64,000 nt of DNA, taken from contig OZ024742.1 of assembly GCA_964016885.1 (NCBI GenBank), positions 283,960,001 through 284,024,000 of the forward strand, read 5' to 3'. This DNA is from Eledone cirrhosa. Its lineage: Eukaryota. Positions within the stretch are counted from its first letter, which is position 1. Every line of letters starts with the position of its first letter. The notes beneath the pieces are model-generated. The model saw only the letters and a program-made list of their open reading frames with translations. It did not search any database and had not been told where the DNA came from. The position numbers and the translations under genes are program-made. Positions 24,001 to 38,053 of the stretch are shown piece after piece.

Positions 24001-27000
24001 AGTCTAATCGGACGTCTTTTGCTCGCTCCCAGTAAGTCGCTTTATTTGCCTGTTAAAATTATTTGTTGTTAAATATTTCTTGTAGTGTAAGGGATATAAG
24101 CCCTTAAATTTTGCCCTGTGAAGGGGAAAGTATAATATTTGGGCCTTTTGGCCGAAATATTTGAACATTTTACTTTTTTTTTTAAATTATTTAAGAAAAA
24201 CATGGCTGAGCCACGTCCCCCAGGAATATGTCTGCTGCCGTGTGACAACGGCGTAAAAGTTGAGAGGAGGATTAGTGAAATTCATACAACAGACACCACC
24301 TTAAACAACGTGAACAAAGACAACAACACTGAGAACACTAATTTTGAAAACATTACCACACCAACTACAACAATAACAGCGTCAACCAAAATACAGACAA
24401 CAGAAAAAAATGACAACAAATGCAACAACGATATTAACCCCACTAACAAGAAAATAAACAACGACAACACCAACAGCAACAATACAAATTGCATCGAAAA
24501 CAACAACAACGGTGACACCAAAAACACAACCAACTACAACAGTGATAACAGCAACAACACCAACAACACCGTTTGTAGCAGTAGCAACAGCAACAGCACC
24601 AATAACAATCCCAATAGCAGCAGTAGCGGCAGCAATAATGGAGCCACTTCTTTCGCAGGGATGGCCCGAAATATAGAGATAATGCTAGTCACGGAAGAGG
24701 AGGCAGTCGCAAGAGCCATGGTGTCAAGAAATGACAATAGAGTTTCCCTGAAACCTCCACCCGATTTCTTCAAAGACCAGCAGCTGCGCACGGTGACTTA
24801 ACGCACCGTAAGCAAAATGTCACATCGGGTGGAGAGAGCCACAGAGGCTCCGCGCAAAACCCACATCACCCGAGGCAAAAAGTACGCCACAGTAGACGTA
24901 CTTTTCGCCACCCACCAAGAGGCGAAGTTTCACTCTTTGGAAACCCTAAAGGGTGAGGAGATAGACTTGGTGCTCTCCTACTGCGGGCAGAAATTTGTGA
25001 GGGTCAAAGTGACGCAGTTCCCGCCCGACGTGCCCATACCTTGGCTGGCCGCGTCTGTACTGGCTGGAATCGAGGATAAGCCAATACAGACTGACCAGGA
25101 GTGCGTCGAGGCCATCCGGGACATCATAGACCTCAAAGAAGGGCTCCAACTCCCTATAAGCGTGGAAGGAAGGCGCCCAAAGTGCTATCTCTGTGGGCAG
25201 AAGGGTCACCTCAGGGCCTTCTGCCCGCAGAAGACAGCCAAGAAGAGCCCCCCCCTCCTTCTGACGCCTGATCCGTTGCTACCAAGAGCAGGGCAGGAAA
25301 CAGAGGCAGAAGACCCTTCCATGGTGAGTAGGAGGGCCACGTCCGTGGCACCCATACCAAGGCCACGGACAACTAAAGCGGCAACACCAACAGTCACAGT
25401 AGCTACACCGGCGGCAAAATCGCCGGAGAGGGCTCCACTACCACCACCAACAGCAGTGGAGCTCATATCCCTCCCAGACGCTACGAAATCTGACATGGAG
25501 TTTGAGGCGGGAGGGAATGGCAAACGGTCTGCCACAAAAAGAAAAAAGGAAAAACCCGTTAGCTTCACGCTCCAAAAGCGAAGACAGACAAAGAGGAGTA
25601 AAGGCTGCAAGAAGACTTGCAGCAACACCACCACCATCACCATCACCACCACAAGCATCACCAACAACAACAACCACACAACCACCACCAACATCACCAA
25701 AAACACCAACATCGCAAACACAACAAAACACACACACCCAACAGCAACAACAAGAAAACAGCAACAAAATCACCCCTCCCCCCAAAAAGTACACAGCCAT
25801 AAACATGGCAAATAAAGAACTCATATAAAGCAGCAACATATAAAGCAGCACACAGACATCACATAAAAAACTACTACACCCCACCAAGACCAAGAACTCT
25901 CCCGACAAACATAAACATCATTGAAATCAAAATAGAACATTACAAACTTTTAAAACAAAAATTCCCCAACGCAGTTGGAGACTTCAGAGGGTCGGTTACC
26001 AAGAGGATATACACCGACATCCTCTTGGAAACACCCATGACCGGCCAAAGGGACGGTTCTACTGTCCATTCACCACACGATCAGGGTTGCCGTGTTTTTC
26101 GGAGAGGCTTGGATCTCGCCATACGGGCCATCTTCCTGGACCCAGAAGGTAAGTCGGTAGTGCTGGACGTGACCGGCAGCGAAGGCACCACCGACTTTCA
26201 GGCTAGTAGCCGTCTACGCCCCGACAGGGGCAGGACGGCAACATTTCTTCAGACGTCTAGAGACCTTTCTTGGAACGTCCCGCTCTTTAGTGTTAGTGGG
26301 CGACTGGAACGGTATCTTAGATGCACGCTGGGATTATGTGGGGCTAGTAGACAGGGCAGGAGGGTGTAAAAGCCTCAACAACCTGCTCAGACGTTTTGAA
26401 CTGTCTGACAGGCATAGACTGGATTATCCGAATGTGCCAATATAGACATGGGCAAACCGCATCGGGTCATCCAGATCGTATTTAGATAGGGTATTCTGTA
26501 GGGAAACAGATAAGGCTAGTGTAGGTTGTCCTCAATTTAAAGTAGTCGACTACACGGACCACAAATTTGTGATCTGTGAAGTTGACTTAGATAGACTCCA
26601 TAGGCAAGGGCCCGGCTACTGGAAGCTGAACGCGTCGTTCCCGGCGCGCAAAGCTTACAGAGACCGGATTAGCGAATTAGTTAAGCGTGCGTTGACGGGT
26701 GCGATCGTCAACAACAGGTGGTGGTTTACCCTGAAAAGGGCTATTAGAGTAGAATCGATAAAGTTTAGCAAAGGAGTAGTGATAGAGGAAAATAGAGTAG
26801 AGGGAGAGTTAGTTAGAAAGCTAGCAGAGGCGTTTAGGACAGGCATCGCAACCGACATGCTTGCGGCGAGATTGGCCTTCGACCAATTCTTCAACGCAAA
26901 GCATGAAGGCTGCGTTGTCAGAGCTAGAGCGCGTGCTCTAAGACACGAGAGGACGAAAGCCGTTCAATGGGCCCGGGTGGTGGAGGCGTGACGTGGAAAC

Positions 27001-29555
27001 AAGTCCACAATTTGGTCTTTGCCTGATCAAAACGGGCGCATGTTGCTCGAACCCGAGCAGATGTGTGCGGCTTTTCAACAGCACTTTGCTCAATTGTTCG
27101 GGAGCGGCGGCGGGCCGGATCGGAGTATGGACTTCGGTGCATACCTCGACGGACTGCCGCGGCTCTCGACGACCGCAGCGCAGTGCTGCGAAAAGCCGAT
27201 AACAGCAGGTGAAATACGGGAAGCGATATCTGACTGCACGAGGGGTAAATCGCCAGGTTTGGATGGTCTGCCCTACGATCTTTATGCGTATATGCTAGAC
27301 TTGTTCGGTGACCTCTTGGCAGATGTCTACTGCAACTGGCAGCAGAACGGGAGCATTCCCAGTTTTGTGAGCCGGGGAGCGGTGGCGCTGCTGAGAAAAG
27401 ATCCGAACAAGGGGGACGTTATAGACAACTTGAGGCCCATAACTCTGCTAAACGCAGAGTTTAAGATTTTGGCCAAGGTGTTAGCAAAGAGATTGGCGCT
27501 TGTCGTCGGTGATCTGGTGGAAGAGGCGCAGACATGCGCCATCCCGGACAGATCCATCCACGACAATCTCCATCTCATGCGATACATCATAGAGAGGGTG
27601 GTTAAGGAACCTGGCACGGGTCGGGCCCTGATCAACTTGGATCAATCTAAAGCATTTGATAGGGTCGACCATCGGTACCTGGCTGCGGTCCTCGAGGCGG
27701 CCGGCTTCGGGCTCGTTTTCAGGGGCTGGATTGCTGCGATGCACAGTGACATCTGCTCGATTGTGAGGGTGAATGGTCACCTGGTGCAGCCTTTCAGCAT
27801 CATGCGCTCGGTCCGCCAGGGTTGGCCCCTCTCGTCCCTCTTGTACGTACTGGCCGTAGAGCAGTTACTGCACAAATTGGTGACGATGAGGGGTGTCCCA
27901 CGCGAACTGGGATGCGGGAGATCCGTGTCAGCTTACGCCAACCACGTCACCGTGGTGGTGTCGAGCACCAAACACGCCCAGATGCTCGGCACTGCTCTCA
28001 ATGAATACGAAGCAGTGACAGAAGCAAAGATAAACCAAGAAAAGTCGGTGGGCTTGCAACTCGGCACCTGGAGAGGCAGGTCCATGCCGTCCGACAGCGT
28101 CGTGGGGCGCTGGACGAAAGGACCGGTTAAATTGCTCGGAGTCTGGTTCGCTCCGGACCTCCAGATGGAGAAAAACTGGAGCGAGGTGACGAGCAGGGTG
28201 GCCTCTTTCACCCAGAAATGGGCCGAGAGGAGGCTGTTTCTGAAAGGTCGGGCAGAGGTGGCGAATGCGTACATAGCGTCCGTCATCTGCTACCACCTGA
28301 CCGTCGTACCTTGCCGCCGCCCAACTCTGACCAAAATGGTGCACCTTCTCTTCCGCTTCTTGTGGAAGTGACGTGTTCCCATGGTCAGACGATCCATTTG
28401 CTGTCAACACCCGTTGCGTGGAGGACTAGGCATGCCGTAGCTGATGATGCGCAAACATGCGCTGAGGCTGCGACATCTCTGGCGCTTCTTTGACGGTGAA
28501 CAGGTGTGGTCGCCGTTTGCCAGACGCACTTTTCCCCAGCTCGTCTCCTTGGCGGAGCTGCATTCCTGTATCAGGAAAAGACCGAGGGATAGCGCTTGGA
28601 AGCTGGAATGTCTCCAAGCGCTCACCGCCCTCTACCAGCTGGGCACTAGTATCGGTGGAACATCCACCTCGGCGTTCTATAGAGGGCTAGGGGAGAGAAA
28701 GAGCGACGACGTTCTCGGGGACACCCTGGGCGTCGAAAACGATTAGCTGTTCGCTCTCTTCAAGAGAACTTTCAGACCGGGGCCTATGGATAACTTCCAG
28801 AAATCCCTGGCCTGGCAGTGCTACCGGGGAGCGTTGCCGGTTCGGGATAAGCTTTACAGGCACGGAGGTGCAGTCAGCCGAGCCTGTCCGAGATGGGCGT
28901 AGGGCGACGAAACCGTCCTGCACGCACTCATTCAGTGCCCGAGGATTGCTGACTTGTGGAGCTATGTTGAACAGCTGCTGTCGCGTGTAGGACGGATCCG
29001 GTTATCGACTGAGTCCATTGTGCAGATAGCCCCGCCATCCTCCTTTAAAGAGGAGGAAGGGCAGGCAGTTTTTATCTGCCTGGTGGCCATGGCGAAAGAG
29101 ATTGTGTGGTGGACAAGGTTGAAAGGGTTGAAGACAGACACTTTCCTCTTCGGCCAATCCCTGATTAACTTATTCAAGTTTCATTTGAAGGGGAAAATCA
29201 GGGTGGAGAGGCAAGTGCTGTCTTCTAGTAAGTTTGTTGAAAGGTGGGTGAAAGTGGCGAGTCTGGTCCGAGTGAACGGGCCCGCTCTGAGTATGCGCCT
29301 TATGTCTGAGGAGTGGGAAAACTGAGAGAGGGCGCTTTCCCTGGTGGTCAGGGTCGTCGTGGTCTTTTTTGTGTGGTTTTCGCTACGAGTGACCCCTTTT
29401 TGGGGAACTTTTGTTATTTGAATATTTTTTTATTTCTAGCCCGATTTTGTTATAACCTGTTTACATGACCAAAACCCACTTTGTATCGTCCTGTACTGTT
29501 CTGTGCCGTCTCTTCGTGTTAGCCCTTGTGGCCAATAAAGAAACCATTATCATTA
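24001..29555 (+). mobile_element. Tx1/L1-group LINE copy A (degenerate, near full length)
   Basis: ORF1 with CYLCGQKGHLRAFC knuckle; ORF2 with APE (VYAP, GDWN, SYLDR, TDH), RT (KSPGLDG, RPITLLN, DQSKAFDRV; YADD mutated to YANH) and C-terminal zinc motif; several stops; AATAAA and ATT tail; begins in the (ATT)n tail of SINE 23804-24000. Confidence 0.93.
27019..28371 (+). pseudogene. Tx1 copy A reverse transcriptase domain (catalytically mutated)
   Basis: RT motifs are present but the catalytic motif reads YANH; premature stops flank the segment. Confidence 0.88.
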
Positions 29556-29709
29556 GACGGCCCTTTATGGTCTGAGTTCAAATCCCGTCGGGGTTAACTT
29601 TGCCTTTCATCCTTACGGGGTCGATAAAATAAAGTACCAGTAATGCACTGGGATAATTGCTGGTCTTGTGCCAAAAGTAGAAACAATTATCATTATTATT
29701 ATTATTATT

Positions 29710-32700
29710 GAATGCTATGGTTGACAGAGGCTCGGCTCTGTAAGGTATTGTAAATTTTGACCGCTATAACAATTGTAAATTGTTTAAAACTTTAACCAAA
29801 TTGTAGAAAAAAACACCCTCCTCCTCGTGAGAGGGGTCTTTCTGCCCGTTATTTGGCCCTTCGGGGTTAAATAACCGCTTATTGGGGTTTTGTGCCCAAT
29901 ATTTATTTTAAACCCATAAAACATGGCTACGAAAAAGAATTTTCATAAGTCACTCCCACTCATTCCGTCTTCTTCTTCCTCAATCGTCACTACACCAGAG
30001 AGAAGATTGTCTCTCTCCCTCCCTTCTCTTTCGCAAGCGACGCCAGTAAAGAAAAATCACGTAGAAAGCGTGCAACATTTCTCCACGACGACGACGACGA
30101 CAACGACGAAAAAGGTGTGCGGTAAATACGAAAACCCATTTCATTCGTCTGACGTCATGAATAATAGCAGTAGCAGCCGTAATAACAGCAGCAGCAGCAG
30201 CAGCAACAGTGACAAGGAAAACAACAGTAGCAGCCGCAACAACATCAGCAGCAGCATAAACAACAACAGCATTAGCAGCAACAGCAACAACAACAACAAC
30301 CACAGCAACAGCGGCGGCGGCAGTAGTCGTAGTACCTGCAGCAACAACAAAAGTAACAGCAGCTCTGACGACAACAACAACAACAACAGCAGCAAAGAAA
30401 AACCAATCTCGTTTGCAAGTATCGCAAAGAACCTGGAAACCATCCTCATAACAAATGAGGAATTAGAGGAAGCGAAGAAGATGGTGACGAAAACCGGACA
30501 CCGAGCAATCTGCAAGGCAGCCGAAAAATTTTTCGAAACCCAACAGCACTGTACGGTCACGTACCGTACAGTAAGCACAAAATCCTGTAGGGTTGAAAGA
30601 GCCACAGAGGCTCAAATACAAAAAGCCTTAGAGTCTGTGTGGCAGCGGAAAACGCACATCACCCGAGGCAAGAAATATGCCACCGTAGACGTGCTTTTTG
30701 CCACACCCCAGGAGGCAAAGGGTCAATCCTTAGTGACCCTAAGGAGCGAGGAAATGGTGTTGGTGCCCTCCTACTGCGGGCCAAAAATTGTGAGGGTCAA
30801 ACTGACCCCCCCCCCCCCCCCCGGGATGGCCCCTTCTTGGCTGGCCGCGTCTGTCCTCGTCGGAATCGAGGACAAAACAACTGTACTGCAAGTACAGAAA
30901 AGAGTAAGAGAAGATTGGGTCGGCACCTCCATTGAGATGTTAATCGCTGTGGATCGAAGACTCACCTCAGGGCCTTCTGCAACGAGAAGACCCTGAGAAA
31001 GGAGAAAACCCCCCTCCTTCCGAAACCGGCTCCACTGCTACCAGCAACAAGACAAGCGGCAACCAGGAACGATAGGTCCGTGGCACCCATACCCACGCCA
31101 CGGAAATCAAGAACAGCAGCAGCAGTGGAAGTATTAACAACAACAACAGTAATACCAAATGCAGCTGCAACAGAGACTCCACTGCAAACATCACCAACAA
31201 CAACAAGTGAAAGAGTGGAGCTGGTACCCCTCCCCGACCTCACAGAATCAGACATGGAGTGTGAGGTGGGAGAGGGATGGCAAAAGGTCGTAAGAAGGCA
31301 CAAACGCAGAAGCAGCGCATCGTCGCCTTCGAAAAGGGAGGAAAGAAATGAAAAAAGGGTAAAGGTTACTGCAAAGAGACTCACAGCAGCAACACCACCA
31401 ACACCATCACCACTCACACTAGCACCACCATCACCACCGGCGACAACCCCACCGCCAACAACAACAACACCTTCAACACCACCACTACAAGCACCAACAT
31501 CGCAAACACAATAAAACACACACAGCCAGCAACAATGACAAGAAAATAGCAGAACCACACCCCACCCCAGAAAAACAAATGCACGGCAATAAATACACAC
31601 AACAAGAAACTAATGACTTACATAATTGAACACACAGACATTTCACAGCACGACTACATAATACCAGCACCAATCAAAACGCCAACGAACATAATACCGG
31701 AGAGTATATTCGGACATACTCATAGAAGAGCCAACGACCAGCCGAAGGGACGATTCAACGGTCCCTTCACCAGACGATCAAGTGAAAAGGGATGGAAAAA
31801 CCATCCTTCCTCTACGAAAAGTACGGTAAGTGGTCTTTCCCATCTTTTCCACTCTATTTTTAAACATGACCTCAATCAGAATAGGCAGCATAAATGCGCG
31901 TGGCTTGGGGTCGTCATGGAAGCAGGGTCTAGCATAGGCTGTCCACAATTCAACATAGTCAGCTACACAGACCACAAATTCGTGATCTGTGTGCTTGACT
32001 TAGATAGGCTTCATAGACGAGGACCCGGCTACTGGAAGCTAAACGCGTCCTTACCAGCGCGCAAGTCCTACAGAGACCGGATTAGCGAACTAGTTAAGCG
32101 GGCGTTGACGGGGGCTATCGTCAACAAGTGGTGGTTTGCTCTGAAAAGAGCGATTAGAATAGAATCCATTAGGTTTAGTAAGGCTTTAGCAATAGAGAAA
32201 AATAGAGCAGAGGGAGAACTAGTTAGAAAATTAGATGAGGCGCTTAGCAAAGGCATCGCGACCGACGTGCTTGCGGCGAAATTGGCCCTTGACCAATTCT
32301 CCAATGCAAAGCACAAAGGCTGCGTTGTCAGAGCTAGGGTGTGTGCTCTCAGACACGAGGGGACGAAAGCCGTTCAATGGGCCCAAGTGGCGGAGGCACG
32401 TCGTGGCAACAAAGCTACGATCCGGTCTTTGGTGGACCACGACGGGCGCATGCTACTCGATCCCGGGCGAATGTGTGAAGCTTTTCAGCGACATTTCGCT
32501 CAGCTGTTCGGGGGCAGCGGTGGGCCGGGTCGAGGGATGGACTTTAGTGTCTACCTCGACGGACTGCCGCGGCTCTCGGCCACTGAGGCGGAGTGTTGCG
32601 AAAAGCCGACAACAGCCGCTGAAGTACGGGAGGCAATGACTGGCTGCACAAGGGGTAAATCGCCTGGTTTGGATGGTCTGCCCTATGAACTTTACGTACA

Positions 32701-34902
32701 GATGCCAGACTTGTTCGGAGGCCTCTTGGCGGACGTCTACTGCAACTGGCAACAGACGGGAGAATTACCAGCTCTGTGAGCCGAGGAGCGGTGGCATTGC
32801 TGAGAAAGGATCCGAACAAGGGGGATAACATAGATAATTTCAGGCCCATAACTCTGCTAAACACAGTGTTCAAGATTTTGGCCAAGGTGCTAGCAAAGAG
32901 GTTGGCGCTTGTCGTTGGTGGTCTGGTGGGAGAGGCGCAGACATGCGCCATTCCCGACAGATCCATCCACGGGTGGGTCCTTGATCAATTTAGATCAGTC
33001 GAAAGCTTTCGATAGGGTCGACCATCGTTACCTAGCGGCAGTCCTGAGGGCGGCTGGCTTTGGGCCCGTCTTCAGAGGCTTGATCGCTGCCATGCACAGC
33101 GACATCTGCTCTGTGGTGAGAGTGAACGGTCACCTTTCGGAACCGTTCAACATCATGCGCTCGGTCCGCCAAGGATGTCCCCTCTCGTCCCTCTTGTACG
33201 TATTGACTCTCGAGCCATTACTGCACAAACTAGAGACGTTGAGGGGCGTCCCGCGCGAACTAGGATGCCGGAGATCCGTGTCAGCATATGCGGACGATGT
33301 CACCGCAGTGGTGTCGAACGCCAAACACATCGAGGCGATCGGCACTACACTAAGAGAATACGAAGCGGTGACAGGAGCAATGATCAACCAGAAAAGGTCA
33401 GGGGCCTGCAGCTCGGCACCTGGTGAGGCAGGTCCATGCCGTCCAACAGCGTCGTCGGACGCTGGACGGACGGACCGGTTTAATTGCTAGGGGTCTGGTT
33501 CGGTCCGGACCTCCAGACGGACAAAAACTGGGACGAGGCGACGAGCAGGGTGGCTTCTCTCACCCAGAAATGGGCGGGGAGGAAGCTATCCCTGAAAGGT
33601 CGAGCGGAGGTGGCTAACGCGTACATCGCGTCTGTCATCTGCTACCGCCTGACCGTCGTACCTTGTTCTAAGCTCCGCCTGACTGCGCTGGAGCGTTTGC
33701 TCTTTCGCTTTTTGTGGAAGGGACGCGCTCCGATGGTCAGGCGGTCCATCTGCTGTCAACACCCGCTACGTGGAGGGCTGGGAATGCCGTGGCTGATGAT
33801 GCGCAGACACGCGCTCAGGCTACGACATCTCCACCTCTTCCTCGACGGTGATCAGGTGTGGTCGCCGTTTGCTAGACACGTATTTCCCCAGCTCGTTTCC
33901 TTGACGGAGCTGCAGTCCTGGGTCAAGCGAAGACCGAGAGGGAGCGCCTGGAGACTGGAATCTCTTCAGGCGCTCACAACCCTCGACCAATCGGGCAATG
34001 TGATCGGTGGAAACTCCACCTCGGCGTTCTATAGAGGATTAGTGGAGGGGAAGAGCGACGACGTACTTGGGGAAACTCTAGGCGTCGACGAAAATCAACT
34101 AGCCAATCTCTCCGGAAGAACTTTCGGCCCGGGACCTATGGACAACTTCCAGAAATCTCTGGCCTGGCAGTGCTACCGAGGAGCCTTGCCAGTTCGGGAT
34201 AAACTCTACAGTCATGGAGGTGCCGTCAGCCGGGCATGTCCGAGATGCGCGCAGGGCGACGAAACCGTCCTGCACGCACTCGTCCAGTGTCCGAAAATTG
34301 CTGACTTGTGGGTTTATGTCGAACACCTTCTGTCGCGTGTAGGACGGATCCGGCTATCATCTGAGTCCATCGTGAGGATTGCTCCGCCCTCTTCCTTTAG
34401 CCGGGAAGGGCAGGCAGTTTTTATCTGTCTGGTGGCCATGGCGAAAGAGATAGTATGGTGGACACGTTTGAAAGGGCTGAAGACGAGCACTTACCTCTTC
34501 GGTGATGCCCTGATTAACTTTTTCAAATTTCATTTGAAAAGGAAAATCAGGGTAGAGAGGGAAGTGCTCTCTTCCCACCATTTTGTTGAAAGATGGGTAA
34601 GAGAAGCAAGAATGGCCCGAGTGAATGGGCCTACTCTGAGTACGTATATGTAAATTAAAGGTGGAAAACTGGGAGAGGGCACTTGCCTTGGTGGTCAGGG
34701 TCACTGTGGCCTTTTACTGGGCTTTCTCCACAAATGTCCCTCCGAAGTCTCCCCCCTATTGGGGAATTTTTCATTGTAATTTTTTTGTTACATCCTCTGT
34801 TTTTGTTTTTTACACGCAGAAATGCCCATTTGTACCGTCCTGTATTGTCCTGCACTGTCCTTAATGTCTACTTTATGTAAACCCTTGTGGTTAATAAAGA
34901 AA

Positions 34903-34936
<34 letters not shown>
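29710..34936 (+). mobile_element. Tx1/L1-group LINE copy B (intact termini, most of the endonuclease deleted)
   Basis: ORF1 MATKKNF... from 29923; RT with YADD at ~33287; CPRC..ETVLHALVQC; ~570 bp of EN missing relative to copy C; (ATT)n at both ends. Confidence 0.95.
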
Positions 34937-34937
<1 letters not shown>

Positions 34938-35298
34938 AGGGTGGTGGATTGGCAGTATCGGTAGAGGGTCGGACCCCATACTTTGCAGCAAAGAGTTACG
35001 GCCCTTAATGATCTGAGTTCAAATCCCGCCCAGGTTAACTTTGCCTTTCATCCAACGAGGTCGATAAAATAAAGCACCAATAATAAACTGGGGATCAATT
35101 TAATCAACTTTTCCCCCTCCCAAGATTGCTGGCCTTGTGCCTAAATCTGAAACAATAATTGGTAGTATCGGTTGAGCGTCAGCAGACACCTTGCTGTGCA
35201 ACATAGAGTTACGGCCGTTTACACTCTGAGTTCAAATCCCTTATGCCTAAAGTAGAAACAATTATTATTAAATGTATTATGTTTGTTGTGTTTTTTAG

Positions 35299-35497
35299 TG
35301 TTGGGAAAATTGTGATACGAAAACGATTATTGAGAATAACAACAACAACAACAACAGCACCACCACCAACCACAACAACAACAAAAATTACTACTACTAC
35401 AAGACAGAGAGTAACAACAACAACGGTAGCAAACAAAGAGCTTATAGTGATGGGAGATACTACTCTAAGAGATACAGTTTCCCAGTTTCAGTTGAAG
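35299..35497 (+). CDS. Host gene exon with Asn/Thr/Tyr runs
   Basis: gtgttttttag|TGT ... GAAG|gtaatc; phase 0-1; CWENCDTKTIIENNNNNNSTTT...YYYY...RYSFPVSVE; supplies the phase change needed between its neighbours. Confidence 0.72.
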
Positions 35498-36224
35498 GTA
35501 ATCTTACTTTAGTCATCATCATCATCATCATCATCATCAACATAGTTCAACTGCAGCAGTAACCACAATCCTTTATCACTCATTTTATGTATGTATGTAT
35601 GTATGTATGTATGTATGTATGTATGTATGTATGTATGTATGTATGTATGTATGTATGTATGTGTGTATGTATGTATGTATATGTGTATGTATGTATGTAT
35701 GTATGTATGTACGTACGTATGTATGTATGTATGTATGTATGTATGTATGTATGTATGTGTGTATGTATGTATGTATGTATGTATGTATGTATGTATGTAT
35801 GTATGTATGTATGTATGTATGTATGTATGTATGTCGGGTGACTCTTGGGTGCTACTGGTAACATGTAACCCAGTACAACCTGTCGCATAGACGGGTCGTC
35901 GGCGACTAAACGGGCAACCCCACCAAGTTTACTTGGTGAGGAGGGTGATTTTGGACACCCTGCAGGACAAAAACCAAAACCTGACAAAGGGCGGAAGAAC
36001 TCATACGAGTCAACGGCCATCCAAAAATCTGTAAATATATATACACATGTATACATGTGTATGTATGTATGTATATATATATATATGTGTGTATATATGA
36101 ATATACATGCATGCATGTGCATGTATGTATATATATATATATATATGTATATACATGTATGCATGTATATATATATATATACAATATATTAACAAATGGA
36201 AACTATATTTATAAAACCATATTT

Positions 36225-36288
36225 ATTTCACTATACATATTTCAAGGGCCACCAGAGCAAACTATGGTGCGCTTTCATCAGATAAAAT
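36225..36288 (-). ncRNA. Minimal type-I hammerhead ribozyme with intact core
   Basis: ATTTTAT-CTGATGA-AAGCGCACCA..TGGTGGCCCTT-GAAA-TATGTA-TA-GTGAAAT. Confidence 0.78.
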
Positions 36289-37939
36289 ATAATATAGGTT
36301 AGTTTTATAAATAAATATTGACATACCCTTAAAAAATGCAACCATTCTGGTTGGAATCTCCTGGATAGTGGAGTTATTAGATTTATTGTTTGTTTATTAT
36401 GCAAATTAGTGTCGGAAAGGTTTAAAAACAGTATATTTAAATTAAACCGTTGGAATAGGGAAAAAAGAGAAAATAAAGAGAAAAAAACGAAAGAAAGAAA
36501 GAAACCTGAGTATATTTTAGTGAGAGAGAATAGCGTAATTTTGAGAGAAGAGGCGAAGAAATAAATATGGCGTGGATGAATACCGTAAGATGGATAAACA
36601 ATAATTGTTTCTACTTTAGGCACAAGGCCAGCAATTACCCAGTTCATTACTGGTACTTTATTTTATCGACCCCGTAAGGATGAAAGGCAAAGTCAACCTC
36701 GGCGGGATTTGAACTCAGATCGTAAAGGGACAAACAATAATAATAACCAATAACAGATAATAATAAAGATGGATAAACAATAATAAAGTTGAAGAATTTA
36801 TCTAATGTTTAATTAATAAATTTGATTAAATGTTTAATTAATAATTTATCAATTCAAACCGTAGTTTAAATGTTTAAATGTGTATGTTATATTATTAAAG
36901 TTGAGACCTATATATTATTATTAAAGAATATATATTATTAAAAAATATGTTATTATTACAAAACCATATATAATTTTATTATTTATTATTAATTCTTAAA
37001 AAAAATTTGTAAGTTTAAAATATCCGAATATTTCTAAGCTCATGGAATTTCTGAGAGTTTACAGAAGAATAATCCCTTATTTGTAATAGCAGTAGAGCGT
37101 AAAGGAAATTGCTAGCGATTTATTAATAATTTAGATAGCTCTAAGGATTAAATGCTATAAAGTTAAGATGTTAAAACATTTTAATTATCCATTTTAATAA
37201 TGTAATTAGAGTATGAATTTTATGTTATTTTATAGCAAGTTATAAATTCATAACTCCAACCTGTTATACAGTTATGACTGTTAAAAACATAAATTTGTTT
37301 GCTATAACGTGTTAACATTTAAAAATTCATTCATTGGAATATATCCAAAGCATAAACCATAAAAAAATCTTTCATAAGAGTATATCTGTAGAATATATTT
37401 AAAGTATAAATTTTATATATATATATAAACATTTTGACATACATATACATACACATGCACATATATATATATATACATCAAGCATTTGAAAAATATATAA
37501 ATACAAAATATACAATATAAAATATGAAATATGAATTATAATTTAAATTATGAATTATGAATTCTTTGTACCCATCATAGAAATTTTCAGAAAAAACTCC
37601 TTCTTCAAATCTTTCAGTACGTTTATCAAGAAAAGTTTTTCAAGAAAAAATCCTTTCAAGATAGTTATAAGCAATCATATGAAGGAATCCAATGAATTAT
37701 CGATAGGTTTAATAAAGATGAGTTATGTATTACAATTTATATATATATTTAAACGTTGAGTTCAATCTATGATTGCAAGAACTGAAAAGATTACTTCTTA
37801 AATTAACAGAATTTTTACTATTAAAAAGTAATCTTTTTACTATTAAAAAGTAATCTTTTCAGTTCTTGCAAACTACAGGTGAAGTCATTCTTTTCCTTTT
37901 TTCAAATATTCCTAACTGTACCAAGGATTTCACACATTT

Positions 37940-38053
<114 letters not shown>

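Noticed and set aside
29557-29709. SINE pieces on both sides of Tx1-A as a long target-site duplication
   Set aside because: They differ at several positions from 23860-24000 and look like independent SINE copies.
31920-31935. Tx1 internal deletions as spliced-out introns
   Set aside because: The deleted segments do not show consistent GT..AG ends; the junctions show direct microhomology.
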